Shown: positions 25,669-39,986, numbered from the stretch's first letter. The stretch: 64,000 bases of DNA from Octopus sinensis (GCF_006345805.1 NC_043004.1:42346001-42410000), one strand, 5' to 3'. Notes: generated by a model from the sequence alone, not told the origin. Numbers and translations: made by a program.

Positions 25669-25831
25669 TGTGGCTTTGTGGTAAGTTGCTTGCTTACGAG
25701 CCACATTGTTCCGGGTTCAGTCCCACTGCGTGGCACCTTGGGCAAGTGCCTTCTACTATAACCTCGGGCCGACCAAAGCCTTGTGAGTGGATTTGGTAGA
25801 CGGAAACTGAAAGAAGCCCGTCGTATATATG

Positions 25832-25866
<35 letters not shown>

Positions 25867-26075
25867 TTGCGTGTCTGTGTGTGTCCCCTCAACATCGCTT
25901 GACAACCGATGCTAGTGTGTTTTCGTCCCCGTAACTTAGCCGTTCGGTAAAAGGAGCCCGATAGAATAAGTGCTAGGCTTCCAAGCAATAGGTCCTGGGT
26001 CGAGTTGCTCGACTAAAGGCGGTGCTCCATCATGGCCGCAGTCAAAATGACTGAAACAAGTAAAAGAGTAAAAGA
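25669..26075 (+). mobile_element. SINE family 1 copy
   Basis: Colinear with 18981-19391. Confidence 0.9.
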
Positions 26076-26161
26076 ATATATATATGTATATATATAGAAA
26101 TAGTAATGCAATACGTTCGCTATTTTCCAGTAAATATCGGTACTTCGTTGTACCATATATT

Positions 26162-26202
<41 letters not shown>

Positions 26203-26218
26203 GCTGCTTTAAATAAAG

Positions 26219-26282
<64 letters not shown>

Positions 26283-26499
26283 TATATATATTATATATAT
26301 ATATATATATGTGTGTATACATATATATATATATAATCATGTGTGTATATGAGCAGGCATGCTTACGTGTTTACTATGAACTTTTAACCTTATTTTAATT
26401 AGCGGTTATTGAATTAGCGCTTTTATATAAGTAGCGGACTTATAACACAGTAAATCCCCTTTGTATAACGGTGTTTTTTATAGCGTTTTTCAGATGGCC

Positions 26500-26556
26500 A
26501 GATAACCGATTTCTTGTGGATTTCCGCCTCGGCATCCGAAACTCAGAGTTTTATCT
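26500..26556 (+). ncRNA. Degenerate hammerhead (stems intact, core disrupted)
   Basis: AGAUAA/UUAUCU stem I, GGAU/AUCC stem II, GAAACUCAGAGUU stem III; core reads CCGAUUUCUUGU. Confidence 0.45.
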
Positions 26557-26594
26557 TGGCTGCCGAATAATTGTCACATATTATTTTATATATA

Positions 26595-26651
<57 letters not shown>

Positions 26652-27085
26652 TATATGAGGGTACTACTATTCGTAGATACCAGACGCTAAGAGGGACCAA
26701 TGCGGTCAAATCTACTAAAATAAACAAAATTTTACCGAATGCAAAACTTCAAAGCAAATCATTAAAAAAAAGAATTTAGTTACATATCACCTGTGATTTC
26801 GCAATTAATGCAGAATATGCATTCTATGTTCATCAGTGCAACAAACTCAAGGTATATAAGAAAAAACATAACGTTACAAGCTCGATAGCCAACCGTAGAA
26901 TTCGTCGTAGCATGTACGAATGTTTATGTTTACATATCTATGAAAATGGCGGGCTTATTCGCCATTATGTTGAATAAAATCATAGTTAGCTTATCCTCCT
27001 GCATTTTCTTTTATCCACAGCCAGGAACTTTTTCAGCACTCCTTCGTGTGTGTGAGTGTTTACACACACACACACAGTGTGCGAT

Positions 27086-27462
27086 GGGTAAATTGTTACC
27101 ATATTAGACATTTAATTCCGCACATGCGCTTTGTTTGTTTTTGATTTTCTTGACAAAAAAGTATCGTCGGGTCAGTTGGGCACCATCTGTGACAAAAACA
27201 ACACCATGACGCAGTTCATTCGGCCAGACATTTGGATTGACATGCTGTACTGCGTGGCATTCGCGCCGGAAGCTCCAATACAAACTGATGGTGAACCGAA
27301 CAACCGCTGGCTTGCCCTGTTCCCAAAACCTGTACGGAGAATAATAAAATTCAAACATTCAGTCAACATCATGGTGCTTGGTGTGATCACTAGTGATCCA
27401 ACACGGCGTCACATTGAACACCAGCGTGGCTGGTGAAAGACCCTGTGTCTGGCAACATGACT
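27086..27462 (+). mobile_element. Tc1/mariner transposon remnant, internally deleted
   Basis: NNRWLALFPKPVRRIIKFKHSVNIMVLGVITSD and VAGERPCVWQHDS match mariner-type DDD transposase segments. Confidence 0.75.
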
Positions 27463-27994
27463 CGAGTTTCGGGTTAACTATATAAATACATTCTCTTTGA
27501 AAATGGTTTTATTCGTGATTTGGGTTTGACTGCCCTTTCTAGCATGTAAGGTGTCCTGTCAAAAGTCACCTTAATTGTTTGTACACTATTATGTATGAAA
27601 ATATGCTGTCTTTTGACTTTATTAAGCATGCTAGCCACTGGTATGAAATTTTTTCTAAATTTTCTACCCTTATTTTCACAGTAAACTTATCGTAATTTCA
27701 AAGCCTTTTTGCTACGCAGTTTTGATTTTAATATTATTTGCTGCTGAATGTAACTGCGTTTGTGTGGCATGGTGCAGAGTCCCGCTACCAGATATACGGT
27801 CTTCCACCAGCCACCCTCTTGACTCAGGGTAGCACTACCTCTTACAAGCAGCTTACGTGCTAAATGTGAGGTCCCATAGGAAGGTGAATGGAGGCATAAC
27901 GTTACCGTCACTAGTTATCACTCCCAAAACCATGATATTAACTGGATGTGTAACTTTTATCACTCTCGGTACGTGCACTGTCCTCATATTGACG

Positions 27995-28224
27995 CCCAAA
28001 CTCTCTTAAATGTTCGTATTGGAGCTTCTGGCGTGAATGCCAAGCAGTACAGCATGTCGTTTCCAAATTTCAGCAGAGCAAATTGCGTGATGATGCTGTT
28101 TTTCTCACAGACGGTGCCCAACTGACTTTAAAATGCAGTGTAGTCGGCAAACGCAAAAACAAACAATGCGCATGCGCGAAATTAAAATTATAAAATAGCA
28201 ACAATTTACCCTTCGTACCCAGTA
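27995..28224 (-). mobile_element. 5' end of the same mariner family, inverted
   Basis: Reverse complement aligns with 27086-27290; ends TA|TACTGGGTACGAAGGGTAAATTGT. Confidence 0.72.
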
Positions 28225-30032
28225 TATAAACATATATTATACCTTAGTTTAATTACTGGCAAATAAGTAGGTGGTTGGAGACTAGTAATCAGTTGATAAA
28301 TAATTTATAGCATAGGATATTTATCATCTGTACTTTGAGAGTGATGCATTGTGTTTACTGTAGCCGAAAGAAGAGTGTTTTTTAAACATAAATATCTAAT
28401 GTCAGATCAGTATTTAATAAAAAGTGGAAGTATAATTTGCACTTGTGCATTTAATACATCAAAAGTTACATATTTAAATCGTCTTTGAAGTCAGACCATA
28501 GCTCTAAGAAAATGAACATAAAAGTAGCTTATGATAGTGAATTTATAAACACATGATAAAAATAAAAATGAAAGCTTGGATACTCATTTGATCATATCAT
28601 TTTTAAGTATGAAAAAATTTTATAGTTTAACTTCACAAACACTACGTGATGGGAATTATAATTATAAAACTTAGGAAAATCCATACAAAAATTTAATTTC
28701 AATTTATCTCATCTGCATTTTGTCTAACAACTTTAAATGTTAGTTATATCAAACGTAAGTAAAATATACCAAATTTGTACATTTCAGTAAAAATGGATGA
28801 CGTGAAATAGTAGATTTTTTTTATTGGGACATAACGGAGAACTAATACAAATCATAGTATTGAGACACGTTGCTTTGATGTTATAATGGAATATAACAGA
28901 AATCCGTTACAATGATATAATAGAAAACAATTACGTTGATTTCTATTACAGAAGGTATGACTTAAATGTTATGTGTGTCCATTTCAAATAGGTAGTAGGT
29001 AGATTTTTAGAGTGAATATTATAGTCGAAAGAACTATTATTCAATTTTGTGAAGGCACTAATGTGATCGAGACCATCTATATGACCAACAACCAAGAATT
29101 TTTGGCAGATGTCTACTATTTCATCAACCAGATTTTTCATTTTGTCAGCTTTGTAAAGTATTGGCAGCTTTGTTTTTACAGTGTAGAGTGCGCTGGTTAC
29201 TCCTGCATTATGTGTATTCATAAATGTATAACATTTTCTTTATCTTTTTACTTGGGTGTCCTGATTTGTATGATGTCCAGCTTCATCGTCTTTATAGTTA
29301 CACTATTTATTAATTTTAAGGGGTAATTCTGTTGTCTGGGAGGCTTTTGAGTTTATTGAGTCGCATTTGACGTGTATTCAAATCAACTACGTCTTGCAGT
29401 AATATATAGGAGATTACTTTTGATGTGTGAATCATGGCAAGAGTCGAAGTTCAAATACTGGTGTATGTCTATTTTTTCTTTTGTGAAATATATCAGCTTT
29501 TACTGTGGAATCACGTACCTTTACATGAATGTCTAAGGACAGTAAGTCATTATATTTGGTTTATGAAGTGAAATTGATAGATGAGCGATGGATATTTAGA
29601 ATGTTATTGAATATTTGTAAATCATCATTTGATTTCTAACATATTATAAAGCAATCATAGAGGAAGGGTTTCCAGTTTTCAATGACATATCACTCGAAAT
29701 TTTAGTGATATTTTTCTCTACTTCTTTATACAGATTTACTTCTATTTTAGAAGTAAATCTGTTTTAAATCTATTTTAGAAGTAAATCCCATAATCAGATT
29801 AGTATATGAGGGTCCAAATTTCGTTGCTGTGTCTGCGGCGTTTATTCCAACAGTACTTGTACCAGTATCTCAATGAGTATATAACTGCATCTGGAATCTA
29901 ACAGGATGAAGTATGAGCGATTGGTGCTGAGATCAAAGTCATTACCAGTTTCAGAAGGTATGGTCAGAATATGTGTTGCCAAATCATGACAGACCAAGCC
30001 TTATATTTTGTAACCAGCATTTAGATATGTAT

Positions 30033-30336
30033 GAAGGCATGTGGACTATTGGTTAGGCGTGTAGAACTCTCGATCGTGAGGTCGTGGTTTCGATTCCCAG
30101 ATTGGCCGCGTGTTGTGTTCTTCAACAAAACACTTCATTCATTTCTCCTTGTTCCAGTGAACTCAGCTGTAAATGGATAAATCTGCGACGGACTAAACTT
30201 CCAATGAGATTGCGCGATGTTAGCCCGATAACCTAGCCAGTGGAGTGACATCATTTGAAAGCTACAACGAGTCAAAGCTCATTGTAATCAGCGAGGTATA
30301 ACAACATGTGATAGTCTGGTGGATCACGTAATCACG
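30033..30336 (+). mobile_element. tRNA-derived CORE-like SINE (head B, tail 1), diverged
   Basis: Head resembles 61178; tail resembles the minus-strand tail at 45793-45900. Confidence 0.75.
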
Positions 30337-30875
30337 TTTTCATAAATGTCCTATTAACCGCCATGTTTCATCGTAGTTAACTTTTGATTAGCTTGCACTG
30401 GCATTGAAACGATGGAATTTACGTATTTTAGTTAAAAGGATGCTTCGCCTGTCTAAGGAATGAAATAAAAATTTAATTATTGAGTTCGGTGTATGAACAT
30501 TCTTTAACAGGACTGTTGATTTCACAGTAGAACTCTGAGCAGCTAGTTTCTCATTGTGTTTGGTAGAAGAAATAATCCGCCCAAGCTGTGTATGATAGAT
30601 CCGAGGATTTTTATACTGCAGGTTTATTCTGACCGAGTTCAGATGACACCCCGAATATATAAAGCAGGATAGTTAAATTTAACCCCGAATTTAGTTTGGA
30701 GTTAAGTATATATTGAGCTGTTACTCAAGTTTATCGATATTATTTGATATCATTGAAGTGTCTAATGGTGGTTCCTTTGTTTCTAGCATTCATACCCACC
30801 TACGATTTCGGGACAGACTTTCTCCCACCAACCGAAAGGTAATTGAATGTGTCATAGCCACTATCTCCTAACAAT

Positions 30876-31148
<273 letters not shown>

Positions 31149-32252
31149 ATTCTAGAAATTCACATTTGGGTCAATATCATCGATTATATTTCGACTTGAG
31201 AGCTTCTTTATATTATCTATTTCATATGATCTAAAGGCATAATAGGCTATGCTTAGATTAGAAAGTCAAGGCAAGTGTTTGAATACACCACTTGCGCAAC
31301 CGATGTTTCCAACTCAATTCTCTAAGAATATTATGAAATAAAACTTACAAAACTAGATACGGAAGGTGCTGTTTGAGATTCTCATATTTCGGCAGGAAAT
31401 TGAAAATCCTGACCAACCTACATACAGTTTTCACATTTACATAGAAATTGTTTTGTAACTAAGAAAAAATATTACATTGAACAAATTGGCAGGAAAACAA
31501 ATAAGTGGGAAAGGAAAATTAAAGAAACAAACATAAAATAAGACGAAAGCGTTTTAAAAAAATAGAAATATTTGAAGAAAACAATTTTGAATATTATATC
31601 TCTCGGAAGATATTTCAATTACGTGAAGAAGTACAGTTACTTTCTGTTCCAAACCGAGTATAAACATAGGAAAATAATCAAATAAGTGAAAAAAAAACCC
31701 AGTCGTTTTTGTAAGAGAAACAATAATATACGTAAAATGACAATGTAGAAACAAATACCTACGCAATATTGATATAATATTTCATTCTGAACGAATGTTC
31801 ATTCACATGAGATTAGGTTTACTCAATTCGCTTGTTTTTAATCAGTGGAATTGTTCAGCTCCGTAAACAACGACCGCCGTCTATCTATGTTAATTGCCGA
31901 AATGGTTATAGTCTGAAAGTAATATTTAGGGACTGTAGGTGATAAGACAAATAAACAAAAAAAAAATGAAAATAAAGAAAATAATTAAAATTAACAAGAA
32001 ATAAATAAAAATAAAAATAAAGGTAACGATAAAAGAAAAACGGTTATCAGGATTCCCATTTTCTTACGGATATTTTGTTTCCGGGAAAGTTCCATTTACT
32101 TATATGTGCAAATTGAAAGAATTAGGGAACTTAAATGACAGAATATAATGTGGGGGGAAAGAGAGACCTAGTAGAGGGTCATGGTCAAGGTTCATAATTA
32201 CGAATTTCTAACTAATGTGTGAAACTGAATCGTTTTATGGGAAGAAACACTC

Positions 32253-32440
32253 AGGTGGTGAACTGGCGGAGTTGTTAGGGAGTCAGAGGGAATGATTCGC
32301 AGAATTTCCTCGACTGACGGCGCACAGAGTTCAAAATCTCAGAGTTGGATTGGCGGAATTGTAGAAACGTGAAACCAGATATCTTGTGGAATTTATTCCG
32401 GCTCTTTGCGTTATAATTTCAAACTTCAATATGGGCGGTA
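32253..32440 (+). mobile_element. Two decayed OK-like SINE heads in tandem
   Basis: GGTGAACTGGCGGAG...GAGTTCAAA and TTGGCGGAATTGTAG...TTCAAAC resemble 46867. Confidence 0.4.
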
Positions 32441-33683
32441 GACTTAAACCGTCATCCAGGTTAACCACTTAATGCCTGTGGTATCTCTAGAAATATTCCC
32501 AAGGCCCAAGCCTGTCCTCATTGCTGGCAAACGGGACAGGATTTCAGTTTCAATGTATCTTCTTTCATCCATATCGCAAGATTAGGAAGCCCCGTAACAA
32601 GTCATATACACTCTCTTCTCGTCTGACTAAAAGATATAAACGTGGTATACTGTCATTTATATTACAACCGAAGTACAGAACCTGTAAATTATGTTATTAG
32701 TCTTGAACAAGTGATTGTGAAGCTCAGGCGAGTTATAAAACATAATCTAAATAATATGATTTAATAGAGTCTAGTACTTGATTTTACGGAACAAGGAGGT
32801 ATTAAAATAACATTTAGCATTGATGTAATTTGAACTTATTACTTAACGGTATATAACTAAATATAACAAATCTAACATCGACTAGAAACATTCATTGTTA
32901 GATATTGTGCACTCATACTACGGTTGTTGCTACATCATTCCTCAATTAATAGGCATCAAAAATTGCTCAAACTATTAAAAAAGTACAGTCAAATCTAACT
33001 CAGAAGAAACACGATATTCTCGCAAAGGCGTGTTATTTTGTATAATGTTATCCTAAATATATATCTTGAAGGAAGACAAGATGAAATTGCTAGGAGTAAT
33101 AATATATAAAAACCAATCTGTAATGAAGATTAATACTGAAGTAATAATACCAGATTAACACGTCACAATATAATCGACGACTTCAATGTCATGATTCTCG
33201 CGTATGTCTTATGCTAGAATTACTGCCGCCGAGTATAAGCATTTTTCTATTGAAACGTTATTGAACTAACGTTATACAATCACAAGCATTCTTGATGGCA
33301 ACTGACACTTAACCTGTTTTAATTATTTCCCTAACTAATTTCGTAGCTGCTTGCAAATTACAACATTCGACCCTCTCGGATGATCTTCGCATTGTTTGAT
33401 CGAAACAAGTCACCTTACATCCTCTCCTGTTACAGTTCAGTACCGCTACTACTCGTACACTTTGACACTCCTTGTTCGTAAATGTTTCTCAGTTCCGCTG
33501 TGCTGCGGGATACATATATATGTCAGAAATTGTTCATCGATTTGATAATCCGTGACGAATTTTCAAGAGAGCAAAAAATTAAGTCCTACTTCAGATCACC
33601 GATGTGATTCGTACCCAGCTGCAGTGCGGCAGTAAACACGATAAATGCAGCCTACTACATTTGAAAAGTTCATCGAATTAACA

Positions 33684-34075
33684 ACTCTTTTACCCTTTTA
33701 CTCTTTTACTTTTTTCAGTCATTTGACTGCGGCTATGCTGGAGCACCGCCTTTAATCGTGAAAATCGAACCTAGGACTTATTCTTAGTAAGCCTAGTACT
33801 TATTCTGTCGGAGACTTTTGCCAAACTGCTAAGTTACGGGAACGTAAACACACCAGCATCAGTTGTCAAGCGATGTTGGGGGGGGGGGACAAACACAGAC
33901 ACATACATATATACGACGGGTTTCCTTCAGTTTCCATCTACCAAATCCACTCACAAGCCATTGGTCGACCCGAGGCTATAGTAGAAGACACTTGCCCAAG
34001 GTGCCAAGCAGTGGGAATGAACCAGGAACCATGTGGTTGGTAAGCAAGGTACTTACCACACAGCCACTCCTGTAT
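33684..34075 (-). mobile_element. SINE family 1 copy
   Basis: Reverse complement colinear with 18981-19391. Confidence 0.9.
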
Positions 34076-35858
34076 AGATTTGACACATCAATATCACTCC
34101 GCGTAAACTGTATAGGTTTGGCTCATCAAATATGACCCTTCGTAATTGTCCTCAAAATAGTAAACTTCGTTTATAGTACAGTGTAGAGTCTCTACTAGAA
34201 CCCACATTTCAACAGATCATTTCCGACGATTAGCTACATCTGTGAAATCACCCTATGCGCAATGTCTTCTCCGTACGCAACATTTCTATGGAGAACATTT
34301 CCATAATTCTCTCTCGCATTCCTTTTAAATCCGCAATAACACATATTCAAAAGTTCATTTCTATTTTTACTCTCTCAGTAAAGACCCTATAAGCACATAT
34401 TTTAAAAGTATCTGCAAGTGAACATAATACTTTCACTCACTTTTATTTAAAAAAAAAAATACTATCGGTCCTGAAATATCCCTCCCAGTACCTAAAAAAG
34501 TAGCAGTTCATAGCTTGTCTTTATTCTTGTCAAGCACTTCAGTGGTTCGCGCTCCATATCCCAGAAAAGAAACCGCTTTGGTACGGTTAAGTATTAACCT
34601 TTCGATTCATTTTCCTCTTACTTTGTCATATATCGACGTACATTCTTATTAGTTTACTTTCTACCGTAATGCATTGCTTATCTTTTCCGAGAATGCTGAA
34701 TGCTTTTCATTTTAAATGTTTAACTTCTCTAACACGATTCGTCTGTTCACTGCTATTTGATTCTTATTCTCTGATAGCCGAAATAGTTCTTAGTATTTTG
34801 ATCGGAATTGTACGTCCGTATGTTAACGGCTTTTATGTTGTTAGATTGGCTTTCCATCTAAAGACATCTAATTTTAAGTGAGCAATATATTTAATAATAT
34901 GGCTGATGGAAAAACCTCAGGGGAGCGTTCTGCATACTAAACATAAATAAGATAACGTCTGAATATACTTAATGTTTGTTTATGCATTTGATGCCTGTAA
35001 GTATATGAAATGAACTCCCTAAATCCCACTATTAATTTCCGGCATTAAAGTAAATGACATTATTCAAAATCTCTTGTCAGAATTCTTACGTTATATCCAA
35101 CTTGTTCAAAACTGCTTAAAACATCCTATCGTAAAATTGCAGCAGCTAAATACAAATTTACACATGATTAAAAATAACTCGAAATATTGAAGTGAAGCAA
35201 ACGATAATAATTGGCATTTCTAACAAAGGTACAAACTGATACAGTTTAGGGAAGTGTTGCAGTCAAGTTAATAAACATACAATAATTAACTGGCAGTTAT
35301 TCTATCAAAACGGAATGGATTGAATGTACGGACTTGCCTCTAAATTGTTGCACAACCTGCAACAAATACCGAAAACATTTCCTCAAATCATTCTATTTGA
35401 GTGTGAAACAGAAGATGATTATATAATTTTCATAACTAACAAGATGTGCACCATTGGAATTTCTTTGATCTTAGGTTTGCTAAATTAAGTTTGACCTGGG
35501 ATTAAGCAACTGTAAACCTAGAACAATGAAAGGAAAATACTGCCCCATCTGGAAGTGTACTCAGAAGTTACAGGTACATAATAAATCTGACAAGAACCGT
35601 GGGAATTTCTACGAAGTCGGTATACTGCCCTATAATATCTATAATAAATATCTAGTTACCTTTTTATTTGTTGAAATGTTACTTTATATTTTGTAGTTCC
35701 TTATGTCCATCTTATACAGTAGCTACGGAACATATCAAAATATACATGTCAAGCAGGAAACCTCTACGTCGCATTCAACATGCCAGAAATAATAATCAAC
35801 GCTCACTCAAATATCATCTTGTCATCTTTATTCTACCAGTAAGTACCTATTCTACCAG

Positions 35859-36131
35859 TCTCTTTTACGGAATTGCTAAGTAAATACACCAGCATCAGTT
35901 GTCGAGCGATGGTGGGGAACAAACACAGACACACAACCATGCACACACGCACACACCCACTCATATATATATATATATACGACGGGCTTCTATCAGTTTT
36001 CGTCTACCAAATCCACTCACAAGGCATTAGTTGACCCAAGCCTATAGTAGAAGACACTTGCCCAATGCTCAAGGTGCTACACTGTGGGATTGAACCCAGA
36101 GCCATGTTGTTGGCAAGATAAGACACAGCCT
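35859..36131 (-). mobile_element. SINE family 1, partial and diverged copy
   Basis: Reverse-complement match to head and core; tail missing. Confidence 0.8.
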
Positions 36132-36136
36132 TATAT

Positions 36137-36180
<44 letters not shown>

Positions 36181-36306
36181 TATATACATGTATATGAATA
36201 CAAACATATATTTATGTATGCATAATATATTACAATTATATCATATAACATATAATATATATATGTATATGTATATACATATATATATATTATATATATA
36301 TATATA

Positions 36307-36386
36307 TTAATTGTTATCGCCATATTAATATGGCAGTCTTATATAAGACTATAAGACTGCCATATTAATATGGCGATAACAATTAA
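36307..36386. repeat. Perfect 37-bp inverted repeat with nested 16-bp palindromes
   Basis: Arms 36307-36343 and 36350-36386, spacer TAAGAC; each arm contains GCCATATTAATATGGC. Confidence 0.95.
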
Positions 36387-36440
36387 TTTCCAGTAACGCT
36401 GCCGTAATCTCTTTTAGAGAGACTTAGTAATTTTAATATT

Positions 36441-36517
<77 letters not shown>

Positions 36518-36550
36518 ATCAAAATAAGCAACAGGATATACAGCGGTGAA

Positions 36551-36634
36551 GCAGTACGATCGTTTCAAGCGACTCCATTTAAATTAACAATACAATCATT
36601 ACATTAATTTACAAGCAGAGCTATCCTCAGTTGC
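36551..36634 (-). ncRNA. Hammerhead with long stem II
   Basis: GCAA-CUGAGGA-UAGC..~49 nt..GCUU-GAAAC-GAUC-GUA/CUGC; palindromic loop III; weak stem I. Confidence 0.55.
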
Positions 36635-37479
36635 ATAAATAAATAAAACAAATAGAATTTATTTAATCAGTTGGAAACATTTGCATAATTTTACCTAAAT
36701 CCTCTCAGAGGGTAAGAAGACAGACACGTCCGTGCTGTATTCACTTCAGCCTAGAAGCTACTAAGACTTCAGGAAATGCCTGTTACAGATCGGTTTTAAT
36801 TGATAGTCTTGTTTATCAAATCTTTGTATATCAAAATCTAAGACCAAAGAGCATTGTCTGATTAGGAAAGTTCCTGAGGGAGTTGACAGAAACATAGTGG
36901 GTATAGTCATAAAACTTGTCAAGATTAATTTGAAGTAGTAACAAAGTAACTGTCTATAAAGAGATATGGTAAATGAAAAATTTAAATCAAGATGTTGTTT
37001 GTCAGTTAAAGGGGCAAGAATCTAATTAAAACAATGATTGTAATACAGGGGAAATTTTACCATGGGACACTATATTTGAATGAGTTAAACAATATTGCCA
37101 TATTGTATAAAGATTATATTTAGGTTTTATCAAGAAAAATACTAAGAAGAATATCATAGCCAAAAGGATAATTTTTTTAATACGTTTGAATATATACCAA
37201 AATTAACGACAATAGGGGCAGAAAAGAAATTACATAGAATCAGTTTAATATTTATTCATATACTTAAATATTTACTAATTAGATTGTACTTATGAAGATT
37301 GATCACTGGCATTTACATGCATTTAATAAAATTTTGGTGCCTCGACTTAAGTACCTAATTCATCTGAATCTCAATTTTATGTCCTGTCTTTTACTGCTTA
37401 TATTTTGTACTGTCGTTACTGTCCTGTTTTTGATACCATTTTTACCCCTCTGCGAAAAGATCTCAAATTTTAATTGATT

Positions 37480-37712
37480 TGCTTTTCGCAGGAAGGAAAG
37501 TTTCTTTTCGAAGATACGTCTCGCCTTCACCTTCGAAACGTAGAGTAGATGAAACCATGGCGACTGAAGAAGGTTTTTTTTACTTTGTGTTAATTGTCCT
37601 GTACTCTATATTTTTTGTTGTTAACAAAATGTCCAGTTCCTTGGGTTTGTGTCTATGTTTTCGTTTCTCATTGTGTTCGACGTTTTTTTTTGGTGTCCTG
37701 TACTCATATATG
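37480..37712 (+). mobile_element. Degenerate Penelope-like pLTR
   Basis: CCTTCGAAACGTAGAG hammerhead 3' half; 3' end GTCCTGTACTCATATAT shared with 62540-62745; abuts (TA)n. Confidence 0.45.
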
Positions 37713-37781
37713 CGTGTATATATACATGTAGAGGTTGGTACATACATATATGTATATATATATATGCATATGTTTTATTTA

Positions 37782-37846
<65 letters not shown>

Positions 37847-38229
37847 CATACATATATACATAAATATATATGTAAACATATATATATATATATATATATA
37901 AATGTATGTGTGTTTTTTCTAGTGTTTACTACTAACAAAAAAAACCTAAACAGTTACCAGAGTAACAAAAATTCCCACAAGTAACAAGGATGTAAAAGCC
38001 TATTTATAAAGAAAGACACTCCTCGTTTAGGTGAAATGCTTTGTATAATATAGATGAATAAGTAAACGGAGTTGAAAGCAGGTGTTATTCAAAATCTTTT
38101 ACACCTGCCATATGTATCGAAGGTATGATTCCAGAACGATGCAATCTACGCATCAGAGAAAGGAAGAGACTAAACACATTAATAAGACATATGTACAGAA
38201 TGTTATTACTGCGTATATGATGTAGGGAA

Positions 38230-38620
38230 CGCTATCAAGTTATTATGAAAAAAAATCCGTTATTAGATATAATGACAAAGGTCGTTTATAGAAAGAGAAT
38301 GAGGAGAAAGAAAGTTGTAGAAAACGAATAATGGAGAGATATAGAGTGATACGTGAATTTGAATAAAGCTTAAAGGAATGGAAGTAAATATAGTTAGTGG
38401 AAGTACTATGTTAGAAGACAGTCAAAGGTCAAATTTTATAGAATGGTAGAAATCACTTATAGGAGCTAAAGGTATGTTTCTGTCAATGTTTGCAACGATT
38501 TACGAGTCCTATAAACGGGTTTACAAGGAGATTCTTTGTGAATGTGATAGAAAACATTTCACTATTACAGAGGTACCAAAAAGATTGGCCTTTGTCATAC
38601 GGTAAAGAAATAGGAGAGAA
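38230..38620 (+). mobile_element. Ancient RTE-like LINE remnant
   Basis: Broken VLC...VKG.FYRMV...GA pattern resembling the RTE post-RT motif VLCD..KGKFY..VVRP..YGAECW. Confidence 0.4.
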
Positions 38621-39500
38621 CATTCCATTCCAAATTAAATCGTTTATTATGATCTTTTAAAAACCAGATTAATTTACTAAGCCCAGTATTGTTACGTTTA
38701 TTGATATGTCTAAATTTACAGTAATGATTAGATTTTATTTTGGACAACTGAGATGAAGAACTACCCATAGAAAAAAGACCTCAGAACCGGAGGTAATTTT
38801 AAATTGCTAATTAGAGTTTCTAGTCTTAGAATTACAGCTAAGAAAACGAATGCGATTGGAGTTGACATCAGAAACAATAACCCCGTTGTTAATATTATTT
38901 AAAGAATGGATACTGTTAAAACAAAATCAATCTTAGTATTTTTATTAAGTGGATTTGCTTTTACAAGTTATTATTATGCGAAGAGTTGATTTGATTTGTG
39001 AAAGACTTTTTTGTGTTAGAAAAACCTATCCTAATTGGGCGTGAATTAAAATTGCATAGTTTCTTGAATTTTTGGGGAAATTCTTTTCGATAGCTTCACG
39101 AAACTGGTAAGAGCGGTTAGATTTCATCTGCCCACCATATAGAATTATTAACCAAACAGTTTTCCTTGGACATACCTTGTTATTAGGATAATTATCTTTA
39201 ATTATCTGTGATTCCTGCAATTCTATAAAATTCCACCTTCAACTATCTACTAACATTGCATTTCCATTAAATATATCTACTTCTATTCCTTTAAGCTTCA
39301 TTCTAATTCACCTACCGCCCTATATCTCTCTACTATTAGTTTTCTGCTCATTTTTTCGCTCCACTCCTTCTCTTTCTGCAAACTATCATTGAGGTTATAT
39401 CTACTAACGGTCTTTTTTAAAACTTGATATGGTTCCCGTTATCATATACACAGTCATCTCATTCTGTTAAAATTCGTATTGATGTATTTGGCTTCTTTCA

Positions 39501-39586
39501 TTCCGTGATGAGATGATTGCATTGTTTTATACCATTTTATACCTTCTGGAATAATACTAATGTTGTCTTCGAAACATATGTCGGAA
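39501..39586 (+). ncRNA. Hammerhead with long stem II and C3G core change
   Basis: UUCC-GUGAUGA-GAUG..CUUC-GAAAC-AUAU-GUC/GGAA; distal stem I UUCUUU/AAAGAA. Confidence 0.6.
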
Positions 39587-39616
39587 GTAAAAGAATTTGA
39601 ATATCACCTCCGTTAA

Positions 39617-39678
<62 letters not shown>

Positions 39679-39841
39679 AGCCACAAACTATGAATTACGG
39701 GGTGCGGGTAAGGCACAACGACAACTACATACACACTAGGACATTTTTAAATTTCAATTCTGGCCAATATAATATGTTTGTATGAAGTGTCATCTTTATT
39801 AATTTTTCCGACCCCTGTGTATACATACAGTCTTACAAACG

Positions 39842-39876
<35 letters not shown>

Positions 39877-39929
39877 GTATATGTATGTGTGTGTATCTGT
39901 GTGTGTCTCCCTCTCTCTCTCTTTCTCTG

Positions 39930-39986
<57 letters not shown>

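Noticed and set aside
28946-29221. 91-aa complex minus-strand ORF
   Set aside because: No motif I can recognise; may be an old LINE relic but cannot be assigned without a search
29905-29957. Possible 53-nt exon (CAG|GATGAAG...GAAG|GTATGG; MKYERLVLRSKSLPVSE)
   Set aside because: Weak polypyrimidine tract, no recognisable protein and no partner exons; expected by chance in 64 kb
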